Below are positions 32,999 through 33,000 of a stretch of DNA of 33,000 nt, piece after piece (the stretch's first letter is position 1; each line of letters begins with the position of its first letter). The DNA is from Fimbriosthenelais zetlandica. Its lineage: Eukaryota. The notes under the pieces were generated by a model. That model saw nothing but the letters and a program-made list of their open reading frames with translations, made no database searches and was not told where the DNA came from. The DNA lies in contig OZ365110.1 of assembly GCA_977030845.1 (NCBI GenBank), forward strand, positions 11,408,001 through 11,441,000, written 5' to 3'. The translations under genes and the position numbers were made by a program.

Positions 32999-33000
32999 AG

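Noticed and set aside
1-33000. CRISPR arrays, prokaryotic defence or operon systems, rRNA
   Set aside because: No regularly spaced repeats, no dense ORF packing and no rRNA motifs; the sequence is eukaryotic-type non-coding DNA.

Overview
AT-rich (roughly 35-40% GC by eye) eukaryotic genomic DNA, not prokaryotic: no operon structure, no long ORFs, many splice-like signals, microsatellites and short inverted-repeat elements. Abundant TAGGCCTA/TACATGTA words and GA-rich tracts suggest a marine invertebrate deuterostome such as an echinoderm (inference only). I could not confidently identify any protein-coding gene, rRNA, tRNA or CRISPR array, and most ORFs in the supplied track look spurious. 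Best supported: several MITE-like elements with clear terminal inverted repeats (including a family of 65-100 bp mini-elements), three long palindromes, low-complexity purine tracts and a CpG-rich promoter-like segment at about 7.4-8.0 kb. More speculative: a phase-compatible chain of short + strand exon candidates encoding an unrecognised peptide, and coding-like blocks with internal stops at about 25.4-27.7 kb, one carrying paired CxxC motifs reminiscent of the CxC5 domain of KDZ-type transposases. I see no firm evidence of a new biological system; all counts are from manual reading.
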